Source: Polymyxa betae A26-41 (taxonomy: Eukaryota; Protista; Endomyxa: Phytomyxea). From it: a DNA stretch of 64,000 nucleotides. The translations under genes were made by a program, and so were the position numbers. Shown here in pieces: positions 53,504-64,000 of this stretch; positions within the stretch are counted from its first letter, which is position 1, and every line of letters begins with the position of its first letter. The notes beneath the pieces were generated by a model. That model saw only the letters and a program-made list of their open reading frames with translations, ran no database searches and was not told the origin of the DNA. The stretch is from assembly GCA_003693705.1 (NCBI GenBank), contig RBZT01000415.1, positions 124,001 through 188,000 of the forward strand, given 5' to 3'.

Positions 53504-54679
53504 AGCGACGGCAAAGATTGAGCAAAGGGACGCGCGGATGTGTGCTGATAGAGTATCTCAGGACGTTGCTGTTTATCAAACTTCGTTTTTGAGATCGATT
53601 CTGTCACCAAACGGCCAGATGCCTGCCGATGTCTGAAACTGCAAGATACTTTCCTCACATGTTATCAACGACCAGAAGCAACAGCGCACAGTCAATCTGG
53701 CCAGAGTAGGAAACTCTATCTGTTTTTTGTGATTTGATTCCCTAAATATCCTCTTTGAAGCTTCTAATAACACTTAAATATCAACATGTGTAGGTCTAGT
53801 GTTAAGCTAATGAACTTAGAGTGATTCACATCATTTGATCTCAGAGCGAATTCTGTCATGCCGAGATCAGGTTCTGATTTGAATTGCACGCCATGCATTA
53901 CAAACTACGGAGTTCTGCCGTTGACTGCCAATTGCCGAGAATAGGGTGAGAAAATCTTAATAGAGCGTTTTAGTTTTTTAGGTATTTCTACGCAGCACTC
54001 TGAAGTTTTTCCGATCCGTTTGATTTTCCTCCAACTTGGCGACCAACGGTGAAATATGCGCACATAGTTGGCATTTATTACTGCTAAGTCCGTAGTAAAT
54101 GCGCACATTATTACGTCGCGGGTCCCAGGTCCCAAAAGGGATCGCAGACGCCTGCCAACGGCACTGGGAACACAGACACACATGGAGTGCAATTCGTCAA
54201 TGCGTGAAATTAACTTGACTCCAATATTATGATTTACGAATTTCACTCGTTCCAGTGATTAATTGCTGTATCGGCTCGCATCGCAGAAATCTGGCCCATT
54301 CAGAAGCAAAATTGAACGCTGAAATAGACGAAGAACGGAAAATTCCACGTTGGCAGCCAAGTCTCCTTAGCTATCTTGAATCGCGGTTGCAATACTCCAT
54401 CATTGTCGAGTTGAAATGTATTGGATTCGAAGGATGCCTTGAACATATTCTACAGCAGCCCTGAACTTCAGATATCCCTTTCATAGACGATTACACACGT
54501 CTACAATACATAAACGGCCAAAGTTCCAAATATTTAATCACATTAGTGTATTGACATTTCGGCCTGATTAATATTAAATCTTGGACCGACTACCTATCCC
54601 ACCACGCTCCAATTCATACTACAATGAAACTGAGTACAATCCGGAACCATTCCGAATTGTGCTGAGAATGTGTGATTTG

Positions 54680-55627
54680 CTAGAATTTGAATGACTTCAT
54701 CGATGACGAACGTTGCCTTTTCCGAGTGGACGCGACATTATCGTGCATCGATTGTAATCGATCCAAAGATCCATCTAGCTTCTGAAGACAGTCTGAATAA
54801 TGTTGGACCATGCTATGGTTCCTATTTTGAACAGAGCGCTGCAATGCCGACCTGATGCGATCTCGTTCTGACTCATTTGCAGCAATAGCACCACCCAAAG
54901 TCAGCAAATTTTTCTGACAATCTTCTTCAGATAAGACCCTCGGTTTTTGTTTCGCCTTCGCAGCGCTGGGACGATTTAGCTTGTCATTCATAAAGTTAAA
55001 AACATCTGGCTTCGGATCAGCTTTGACGACAACGGGATTGTTGATGATCGATTTCTTCGGCTTTATCCCGAAATCAAGCCCAGCTCCTGGTTTCCTTATT
55101 TGGATGTCGATAGGTTCGACGCGCCCTTGCTGGGATTTACCCAAACCGGCTCCAAACATATAGCCATGCTTTTGCAGAAGTTTCAATCCGATTCCTTTGG
55201 TGTGCGCCATCCATGAGCAGAAGTTTTTCGAAACTTTCTCAGGTTGTCTAAAGGTAGATGTTTCTTGACTTATTCTGGTGTAGTTAAGTCGACTGTCGGC
55301 TGGCAGAGAATCGTTGTCGAAGTTATCGGTTTCGGAATCAGGGGCCTCTTCATTGCCAGAGCATTCGGAGACAGAAGCATTCTAAAAAGCACGAGATGAA
55401 TCGTTTTTGGGTCTAAAATTTCGTAGACTAACGTCTATGAAGCTGCTGATCAATTGCCGCTTACGAAGCTCCAAGGCCTGAGATTCAAACGACTCGACCT
55501 CGCACAAAAGTGAACATCTTAAGGCGGATATATCAGCATTGTCAGGGCCTGCAGCAAGTATTTCATCCAGTTCACGGATCTGATCGTTCAGAGCACTCAA
55601 AGCCGTCTGCAATCCAGATCCTGACAT
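54680..55627 (-). CDS. G-patch protein, ZGPAT-like; 2 exons
   Basis: WMAHTKGIGLKLLQKHGYMFGAGLGKSQQGRVEPI (G-patch), DVFNFMN, C-terminal coiled coil ending MKSFKF; N-terminal LQTALSALNDQIRELDEILAAGPDNADISALR. Confidence 0.8.
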
Positions 55628-55967
55628 CGAATGTAGCAATCAGAAGGAGCCATATCAAATCTTCAGAGGACGCACTTTTTGGCCTTGAAATTTATCATTT
55701 TGCAAAAAAATGCGTTATTAATAACAGTTTCAGTACCGGTACATAAGCTACACTTTTCCTGAAAAAGTGCTCAATCAAGCAAAGCTGCTGTTGTTACCAT
55801 GAACGAAGCTCATCTTTGAAGACGATAACATCATCACGTTGAGGAAAGGCTCTGTGATCGATCTGTCTTCTGTTAAGAAAGTTCAACCAATTCCAATCTC
55901 AGATTCTCAAGATTTGTTCAATGTATTCAGGCCTATTCTCAAGCTTAAATGAATGTCCATAATCAAG

Positions 55968-56501
55968 CTATGGCTGTTGGCCTCCTTGGCCTAGGGTCTC
56001 GTTGCCGGCGGTACTTTGGGTGCGCTGGGGGGAAGCTCGATCAATGGATGGTCTGGCCTGTTCGATTGGCCATGAAGGGACGGGAGGCAATGGCCTGCGG
56101 ATCGCTTTCTGTCGCTGGTATCTTGTCATCATAGCAGGCGCCAGCACCACAGATCTCGGCTCAGAATCGCCAACCTCTGCTGTACGTTGGCCTGGCTCGA
56201 GATTTTCCAGGTCTTGTTCCGGCCGATGAAGACCGAACCGATCCCGGCCGAATACGTCTCCATGATCAACGGACAGCTGCTCAACGATATTTCTATTAGG
56301 GCGGGTCCGTTTCCGTATCCAGTAGCAGAGCAGAGCGATGCCCACTCCGGCTATCGCCAAAAACGAAATCAATGCTTTCAGCAAACTGTAATCGTGTAAA
56401 TCCCTGGAGTATAGAATGCCCATGATCATCGCCATTGTCAATCCGACTGCTATAAGCAACAAGGAGCAATTGAATGTGAGCTCGTTCCGTTGTAGCGGCA
56501 T
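55968..56501 (-). CDS. Hypothetical two-transmembrane protein
   Basis: 177-aa ORF with two hydrophobic segments (LLLIAVGLTMAMIMGILY; ALISFLAIAGVGIALLCYW) followed by the basic IRKR and a disordered tail. Confidence 0.6.
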   Translation of the reverse strand: MPLQRNELTFNCSLLLIAVGLTMAMIMGILYSRDLHDYSLLKALISFLAIAGVGIALLCYWIRKRTRPNRNIVEQLSVDHGDVFGRDRFGLHRPEQDLENLEPGQRTAEVGDSEPRSVVLAPAMMTRYQRQKAIRRPLPPVPSWPIEQARPSIDRASPQRTQSTAGNETLGQGGQQP

Positions 56502-57033
56502 AAGAGCTCCTTACTTAATAGGACATAATCGCTATATCGAAATGAAACCTGACATGAAGACCAACAGATGCGGATGGGCCAGAAACTATAAAATCAGGCT
56601 TGTTTTGCCCATCAAAGTAAATATATGAATGCGGGATAGCCTGACCGAGAGTCAGAAAACTCATTCAGGTCCAGGTCTATTTGCAAGAGGCAATCGGGTC
56701 AGAAAACTAGGATTACACCTGATTGCCATAGAAAGCGAAATAAATGGATGTGGGAGAGCTTGCAGAGAGAAAGAGAGAGAAACCATGCAGGTTGAACTCC
56801 ATTTGCAATTTATTTTGGCTCGTCTGTACGCATCAGCGGTTAACATTAGGCGCGTCCTGTACTTACCAACGCAGGGATAAAATATTAATGGATGTCGAGT
56901 TTGATGCCCATACATTGACGATAGACAAATATGTCATATCAGAAAAGCGCTAGGTTCCAGGATGAGCATTAAACCTGAGTTTGCCGCTTTGGAACGCCGT
57001 AAAAGATAGGTTGTTAGATAAAGCCCATGAGAA

Positions 57034-58025
57034 TCATTTTCGTAGCGGGAACAGACACGCCGGCAAAGTGCCATCGGGGCCAGCAACTGGATAAGGCCGA
57101 TAGTAAACAGTGGTAACAAACTTGTTATTATATCTCTGTGTCATTCCCAAAACGCAGACCTGAGACAGATATACTGATTAGCATTGCAAACTAGAATGGG
57201 CAATGCCACAGACCTCTTTTGCTTCAGATTTGGAGATGTACATATGATTCAAGGTGACATGCTGAGGGACTGGTAGCATCACAGCATCATTCTGGCCTGC
57301 TATTTCTTCAGAATTGAGCAGAATGATGCCTAGATGAGGAGGCAAAGGCGGCGGGTCTTTCGCGTAGTCGTCGGGAGACGGTTCGACTTGAGAATAATTA
57401 TCATTGCCATCTTGATCATCGAAATAGTTAAACGTCGGATCAACTTGGCTTGCAGCACGGATCTCCATTTTGTTGTTGATTACCCCTTGGGCATCTGTCA
57501 CGGTTGGCTGGTCAGGGGCGTACCTCCTAGTAACAATCTCAAAAACAGACCAACTGAGTCAAATTAACTTAGATGAAAACCTGGTGAACAAATTCGACCT
57601 CGCAAAAATTATGCGATTGAAAGGGCAATAATATAAAGATTGAACTAGAAAACATACCACTGATCGTCAACAATAAACTTATATTCAATAACGCCCGGTG
57701 GGAGCTCCAGAATCACAGTGAAATCCTTAGTTGAGCGTTGCATCGGGATCTTCCCCGACCACTGATTGAACGAGCCAGTTATAAACACCTGCTGCCCCCC
57801 ATGCGACCAAGTAAATACGGCCGGGACCGGTTCCAAGTCTTTGAGTGGCGAGGCGATCGCGTTATCGCTCGTACCCATGACGACATCGTCATCGGTTCGC
57901 AAGCATTGCCGAACACGGTCGGTGAGTAGATCTGGGGATGCCCCCGAGGCTGCATCATGCTGTGCGATGGAGCTCGTGGCTTCATCGGACGAGCCTAGTC
58001 CAGCAGACGACTGCCCTTGACCCAT
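57034..58025 (-). CDS. PRKAB: AMPK/SNF1 beta subunit; 3 exons
   Basis: MGQGQS myristoylation start; CBM48 VFTWSHGGQQVFITGSFNQW..EYKFIVDDQW; ASC domain PPPLPPHL..LPVPQHVTLNHMY..TQRYNNKFVTTVYYRP. Confidence 0.95.
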
Positions 58026-59108
58026 ATACAAATGAGAGGCTGTTAACAGCAAGATCTGTAGACGACACTATAGATAACAGTTGTAAAGCTGTGTAAAGCT
58101 CAGAAGCAGCGTGTGAGGCCGAAACAGCGTCGCAAACCCTAATACTGTCTGAGCTTCAGTCTGCATCCAGCAGATGTCTTTCCGTTCCCAACTTTGAGCT
58201 GATAGGGGTAGTTGAGCTATAGGGTAGGAAATACACAGGTACATCGATGCCAAATGACAGTTATTTGATCGAATTTGACCCTTCTGCAGCTTCAAGCGTG
58301 TAGGACAAAATTAACGATATGGCTAAGACTGGATTTTGCTGATCATGATTGCATTGTTGCCTCCAGGTTGCGGTTAATTAGCTGCAATGTTCACGATTTC
58401 AAGGCTGCTGAAGCAATCTTGACCAAAACTCTGCTTCCAGCGACTCAGTTGAACTACGAATGGAGCCAAATTTTCGCATTCGGGTTTGTCGACAAACTGA
58501 TAAAAATGAGGTCTGCAGAAAATCACGTGATTGCTGAGATTTAATAGATCAATGGACAAAGCTATCAAGTAAAACGGTACACATGAAAGAAAGATTGGGC
58601 AGGTTGAAGTAGATCTGAGTGACTGCGTTTGTTGAACTTTCTGAACCGCCAAGATCTGGGCCAGCTCGATGTGATTGATCACCGAGGATCCATGATCCCT
58701 GTTCTTTTCTTACAGCTGACTTCGCATCAGTTGCTGAACGTGAAAACTTTAATTAATGGGTCACTAAGCCTGGTATAATGTCATTAATCGTCGCTATAAT
58801 ATTGGGTTATAAACAGACAGCTCTTCTCTATTCTCTGCATCCTCAATGACTTCCTTCATGGTTGCTTTCCTTTTTCTTTGGTCATCATTTCTGTTCATAT
58901 TGTTTTATTTCATTTCGGAGCTGATAAAGGCAATTTTGAATTCGGTTGATATTATTGAATGTGACATATCAGCATTTGTGAACTATTTTCAGCATGCTTT
59001 TCTCCGTGCAGTATGGTCTTCATAGTGATATTGTCATCCGTTAACGTCATCGAAGACGACATTCCATCTCAGTCGTTGACGGCGCTGGCCGCCGCCTAAA
59101 CCTCGGAT

Positions 59109-61424
59109 ATGGCCCAGACTAGGAAGCAGCAATCCGAGATCGATCGCGTCCTAAAGCGTGTCCAGGACGGCCTGATCGAATTCGAATCAATCTGGCAGAA
59201 GGTGTATTCAGCACCGACTGCCGCCTTAAAAGAGAAGCATGAAGCCGACCTGAAGAAGGAGATTAAGCGTCTTCAACGCTATCGAGATCAAATCAAGACA
59301 TGGCTTAGCAGTCCAGAGATCCGCGACAAAAACGAAATGCTCCAGGCTAGAAAGCAGATTGAACGGGATATGGAACGCTTTAAAGTCTGCGAGAAAGAGA
59401 CCAAAACGAAAGCATTTTCGAAAGAAGCGCTTACAAATACGCCAAAGAAGAAGCTCCTGGACAAACCCAAGCTTGAAATTAAATCCTGGATTGATAAGCG
59501 AATTGTCTTGCTGAAAAATCAGCTTGGTGAGCGTGAATCCCAACTCGACGCCGAGCAACGAAAAGGCAAAAAACGGAATAAGGGTCAGGAAGAAGCGCAT
59601 ATCGACCATCTTCAACGCCTCGTCGAACGCTATAAGTTCCATATTGAACATCTTGAAATGGCCTGGGAAATGCTTTTTGAAGATGAAATTGTTGTGGCCG
59701 ATGTTGAAGAAATCCAAGAAGACGTGGATTATTTCATCGAAAACAATCAGGTGCATATTTCGGGTCTCTTTACATGACTGATTGGAGAAGAAATTGGAAA
59801 ATTCTGTCGATTTTTTTTTGGGGGGACCCGAGATTTGAAAAGATTTTTTCTGTAATCCGTTTTGCAACGATGTTTGAAATTCAAGGCTATCGCTGACATT
59901 TTTCGAAAGGATGAGGACATGGAGGATTTCGACGATGCTTATATGTACGATTTATTGGCGTCTAAGCGCAATGCTAAGCCTCCACCTCCACCACCAGCTG
60001 TTTTGCTTGCTGAGGATGAAAATCTTTCCGATATCGAGCTATCCGATGACGATTACGATTCTCTGGCCGATGAAATCGCTGCCGACGAAAATGATCATGA
60101 TGCCGAGTCGGACTCGGATTCAGCTGTGCCTGCACCCGAACCAGTCGTCGAAGAGTCACCGCGGAGAGGATCTTCGAAGAAGTCAACCTTGCCTGCTCCA
60201 TCTCCGCCGACGCCTGCTGAAGCGCATTCCAAAGATAAGCGAAAAGAAAAGCCATTGGAACAGGAGAAGCCCGTTCCCGAGCCTCAACCGACCCCGAAAT
60301 CTACGCATGTAGCTAAGGCAGAGCGTGAAACACCGAAAAAGTCGTCAAAGCAGAGGAAAAAGATTGCTGTTGTTCCGGTCCAGGTCTCTGCGAATTATCA
60401 AGACCCATCCCCTCAAGCGACACCTGTTATATCGAAATCTATCTCAGCTGTTGCCGCGAGCTCGCCCAAACAATCCCCTAGTGCACCCACTATTGTTAAT
60501 CGTCCATCGGAAGCGGTTCAAGCACAGCCTCCAGCACCGTTCGCTAATATTGTCAAAGCCCAGCAACTCAAACAGGCGGAACAGGCTGCGTTGGCGCGAG
60601 CTCAGGCGGAGACAGCCTCGAGGCAGATTCCGCCAGAAACCGATACTCACGAACCGGCGACGAAAAAGGATGAACAAATTGAGAGCCAGCTGCAAAGCCT
60701 TCAGATTAATTCTAAAGTGCCGCCCACGACATCATTGTCGCCGCCGCCTGGTCTGCGGTCCGCTTCGCCGTTTGCAGGAGGTCCACCGCCAGGATTGGCT
60801 GGTCCCAGTAAGACGACTCTCGCTACGAAGCTTAAGCAAAAGCAGCACCAGGCCGCAGCTGCTGCTGAAGAGCCGGCTGCCGACCCTTCTTTACTTCGGC
60901 CGGCACGTCTCGCTGCTGTTCAAGCGTCGACGCAGCGTGAGGCTTCACCTAGCGTCAAGCAGCCTCACCTGTTCGATGCACCATTGTCTGAGGAGCAGCA
61001 GGCCAATTTGGAGATTTTGGAATCCAGTTTCAGGCATATGCCGACACCGGCCGATTCCGATCGACCAAAGCAATATTTACCTCGGAATCCTTATCACACT
61101 CCAGCGTCGTGGCCCTCTACGCCGTCCCCTATATTCGAAGATCCGTCGTTCTTCGTCAAGTACGACACGGACACGCTGTTCTTCATATTCTACTTCCAGC
61201 AGGGAACGTATCAACAGTATCTTGCTGCATCGCAGCTAAAGAAGCAATCCTGGAGATACCATACGAAATATTTGACCTGGTTCCAAAGACATAAGGACCC
61301 CCAGGTGACGACGGACGAATTCGAACAGGGTACGTACGTGTATTTCGACTACGACCATTCGTGGTGTCAAAGGATCAAATCCGAATTCACGTTTGAATAT
61401 CGATACTTGGAAGATGACCTTTAA
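59109..61424 (+). CDS. NOT3: CCR4-NOT complex subunit NOT3/5; 2 exons (intron about 59751-59910)
   Basis: [47 protein letters not shown]; C-terminal NOT box [44 protein letters not shown]. Confidence 0.97.
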
Positions 61425-61610
61425 TATATTCGCTGGACAGCCTCACTTTCGGTTTGCTTCGTCATTACATCTGTCTGCTAACCTCATACATTGTATTTCG
61501 TGAAAATGCTTCGAGACCCGGGATGCATATTTCTGAGAAAAAAGAATTCCGGCTTTAGATCATTGCAATATGTTAATGTATTAAGATTAGGTTGATGTCT
61601 GAAGATTGCC

Positions 61611-62998
61611 CTATAAGGCTGGTAGAGCTTTAACCAGAGCCTGGTCGTGAGCTTTCTCTTGCCTTTCACGAATCTCACGCAGGCTTGGCGCCTTTTTCGA
61701 CGACGCTTGTGATCGGACTGAGTTTGTCGTTGACGATGGCGGCGCTGAAGATTTTCTCCAAACCATTGACGATATTTTCTGGTTGCTGTCCATAGCTCTC
61801 GTTGTTTTTGGAATGATTAACGCCGTACCAGCCAGCGGCATCGTTCTTTTGCTGGACGCCATCGTTATCTCAACTTCACCAGTTTCAACCAATTTCATTC
61901 CTTCGCCAACATCTTCCAAGTCATCGATTAAATCAGAGCCTGGCGAGCGCAGCCGTTGACGTTCGGCGTCCAGATACAGCTCGTGAATATCGAGCCCGAT
62001 ATTCGGCGCTGCCAGCGGGTTCAGCGGCGGGTCGCCACGATCCAGTGCCTGATAGTCGGGGGCCAACGGGTTCGTCCTTCGCGTCCAATGCCACCGACCG
62101 GACGTGTCGGCCTGCGCTCCGTCAATATCATCAGTGGCGTTCATCCTTCGAACGCCCAGCTTCATCTGACGATGGACGCGCCACATCGGTTCGTTGCCGT
62201 CGATATCGCGTGTTAAGAGTGTGTACGTCTGCACTGGCCGTGTCCGAATCGTCTTGGGATGAGATCCGGGAATGTCGCCGATCACGACCTCTCCCTGCGC
62301 CTGTACTGACGACAATCCGCTCACGTCAGCGCTATTCATCACATAACGTGGCGACAGCGGGTCGGTATGACGTCGGGAACGAAACCGCCCGCAATCGTTG
62401 ATATCGGCGACTTTCATGATGGGCCGGACAGGTCGGGCCGCCCATCGCGCCAGGGCATGGGCCGCGACCGATCCCGAGACGTCGTCGTAGTTGATGTGAT
62501 CGCGCGTCTTCATCCGCAATACGATCGGGACGGTGGTTCGCGTCCCTTCGATATCGCTGATATCGAGCGTGTTGCGAGTGAATCGCATCGGTTCAGGCGG
62601 TTCGTGAACGAACGAAGGTAGTTGATAGATTGGATTGAGCGGATCTACACATCGAGGCCAGCGTGTGCAATGCCGCCCGGCTTGTGTTCTGACGATATCG
62701 CTGATGTCCAGACGTTGATCAAGACGGCGGAAACAGTATCGTCGCGGCCGTTCATTGATATCGTCGGTGGTGAAGCGACGATCGACCCGATTTAAGAAGG
62801 GATGCCGAGGTGCATCTAACGCCATGCTGATGGCGTCAGAGGATCTGGGTCGATGGTACCGCCTTCGAGATCAGGTACATCGGCAATATCGGGTGGCGGC
62901 CGATGCTGGTCCCGAGCGTGTGAATGCCGAATGTTGGTCGGACGATTCATTGATGTGTCATGAGCGACCACAAGAAGGTGAGCTGCGCGTAATCTCAT
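61611..62998 (-). CDS. Uncharacterised repeat protein (xxDIxG and PLxPxY repeats); 5' exon tentative
   Basis: 404-aa ORF 61611-62825 with repeated DI(E/D/P)G and (D/N)PLxPxY motifs; a plausible upstream exon (..PDIADVPDLEG) splices in frame. Confidence 0.7.
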
Positions 62999-64000
62999 CG
63001 GGCTCTGCTGATCGGCGTTGAATGATAGCTGCTGGAGCGTGTCCGGGATGAGTGTTGCATATGCCTGGCGCCAATGGTGTCTCTTAGGGCAAGGACCCGT
63101 AAGGTAAATGATCTAGGTGGGGGCAGGATGGGGCCAGTTTGGGGTCACTGTTATGTTAGGAGGTCGAGCGGGAGATGAAATCGAAGCGGGTCTGCCAGCT
63201 GGTTTGCTCGCATTGCATGCATATCGACTGCATCGATCTCCTAATTAGACGCGTTTGCCCGATTTGCGATGCCGTTCTATCGGTGTTGTCGAAATAGAAC
63301 AGACGATATCCATTCCCTGCTGCGTTTCGATGGATTGCGAATAAATTATGTTCAAGGAATGCATGCTTTAGGTTCTGTTGGTAAAATAGTCGGATCTGAG
63401 GCCTGTTTACAGCATTTCTTGCAAACTGAGGTGACTAAGACTGAACCAATGCGTTTTCAAATTATATAGAACTAAGTTAATACAGGAAAATTGCATTGTT
63501 AGAAATTGTCATATCTGACATCCAAGACTCTGGCAAGAAACTGAGAGTGTTTAGCAACCAATCCATATTGATATTCATCAAATTGAAAGCTATTGGTGAC
63601 ATAACATTTCACCTCAAATCACATCCAGGGCGTTATCGACTCTGCTCTATGTGGCAGACGCCGCCGAGACCAGTAGCTTTGCAGTTGCCCTTCACTTTGG
63701 TCATTCCCTTGATGAACAATTGAACACCATTATCACCTTTCGTTGAACGGCATCGATCAACCTGTTCTGAGCATCTTCCTCTACTAGAGCTATGTTTAGC
63801 GACACCATATACATAGATATCGCTTCATTGATCGCGAATTGGTATCGAATATGCTACATGACAAAGTGAATAATTGATAACGGTGATAATCTTTAGGGCG
63901 CGTTTGGAATTTGGATGACACGGAAAAACCGGTGTTTGCGCCAAATCCGATTGTTCAGTCGGAAATCGAAATCCAAGTCGGAGAAGGATTTTTAAAACCG

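Noticed and set aside
59226-61239. Long alternative-frame and antisense ORFs over NOT3 (also 6215-6979 over the Def1-like gene)
   Set aside because: By-products of GC-rich, low-complexity coding sequence with no recognisable motifs.
63269-64000. Partial gene at the right edge
   Set aside because: Only short ORFs without identifiable motifs; cannot be supported from this window.

Overview
Gene-dense, intron-rich eukaryotic (protist) genomic DNA with mostly 45-60 nt GT-AG introns, short intergenic gaps and one assembly gap (13356-13445). Most ORF-track entries are exon fragments or antisense shadows, so genes were rebuilt by manual splicing and some boundaries are approximate. CCDC39 (motile flagellum), ZIP4/TEX11 (meiosis) and a plant-type vacuolar sorting receptor fit a flagellated SAR-lineage organism; a plasmodiophorid-like rhizarian is my tentative guess. 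Recognised genes: TypA/BipA, GPN1, Def1/UBAP2-like, EF-hand protein, NOP4/RBM28, SRPK-like kinase, G6PD, giant HERC-like protein, RhoGAP-like, CCDC39, eIF2B-delta, VSR-like, katanin p60, ZIP4, ZGPAT-like, AMPK-beta, NOT3, plus several orphans. Top finding: a spliced gene the ORF track shows only in fragments (45882-48450) that fuses a complete SPX inositol-pyrophosphate/phosphate-sensing domain to an intact bacterial-like AstE/AspA (M14 zinc) amidohydrolase. Also notable: a HERC-like protein whose HECT domain lacks both the catalytic Cys and the E2-binding subdomain, a lipid-anchored RhoGAP with a degenerate arginine finger, and a 43-bp tandem duplication that may have created a new intron.
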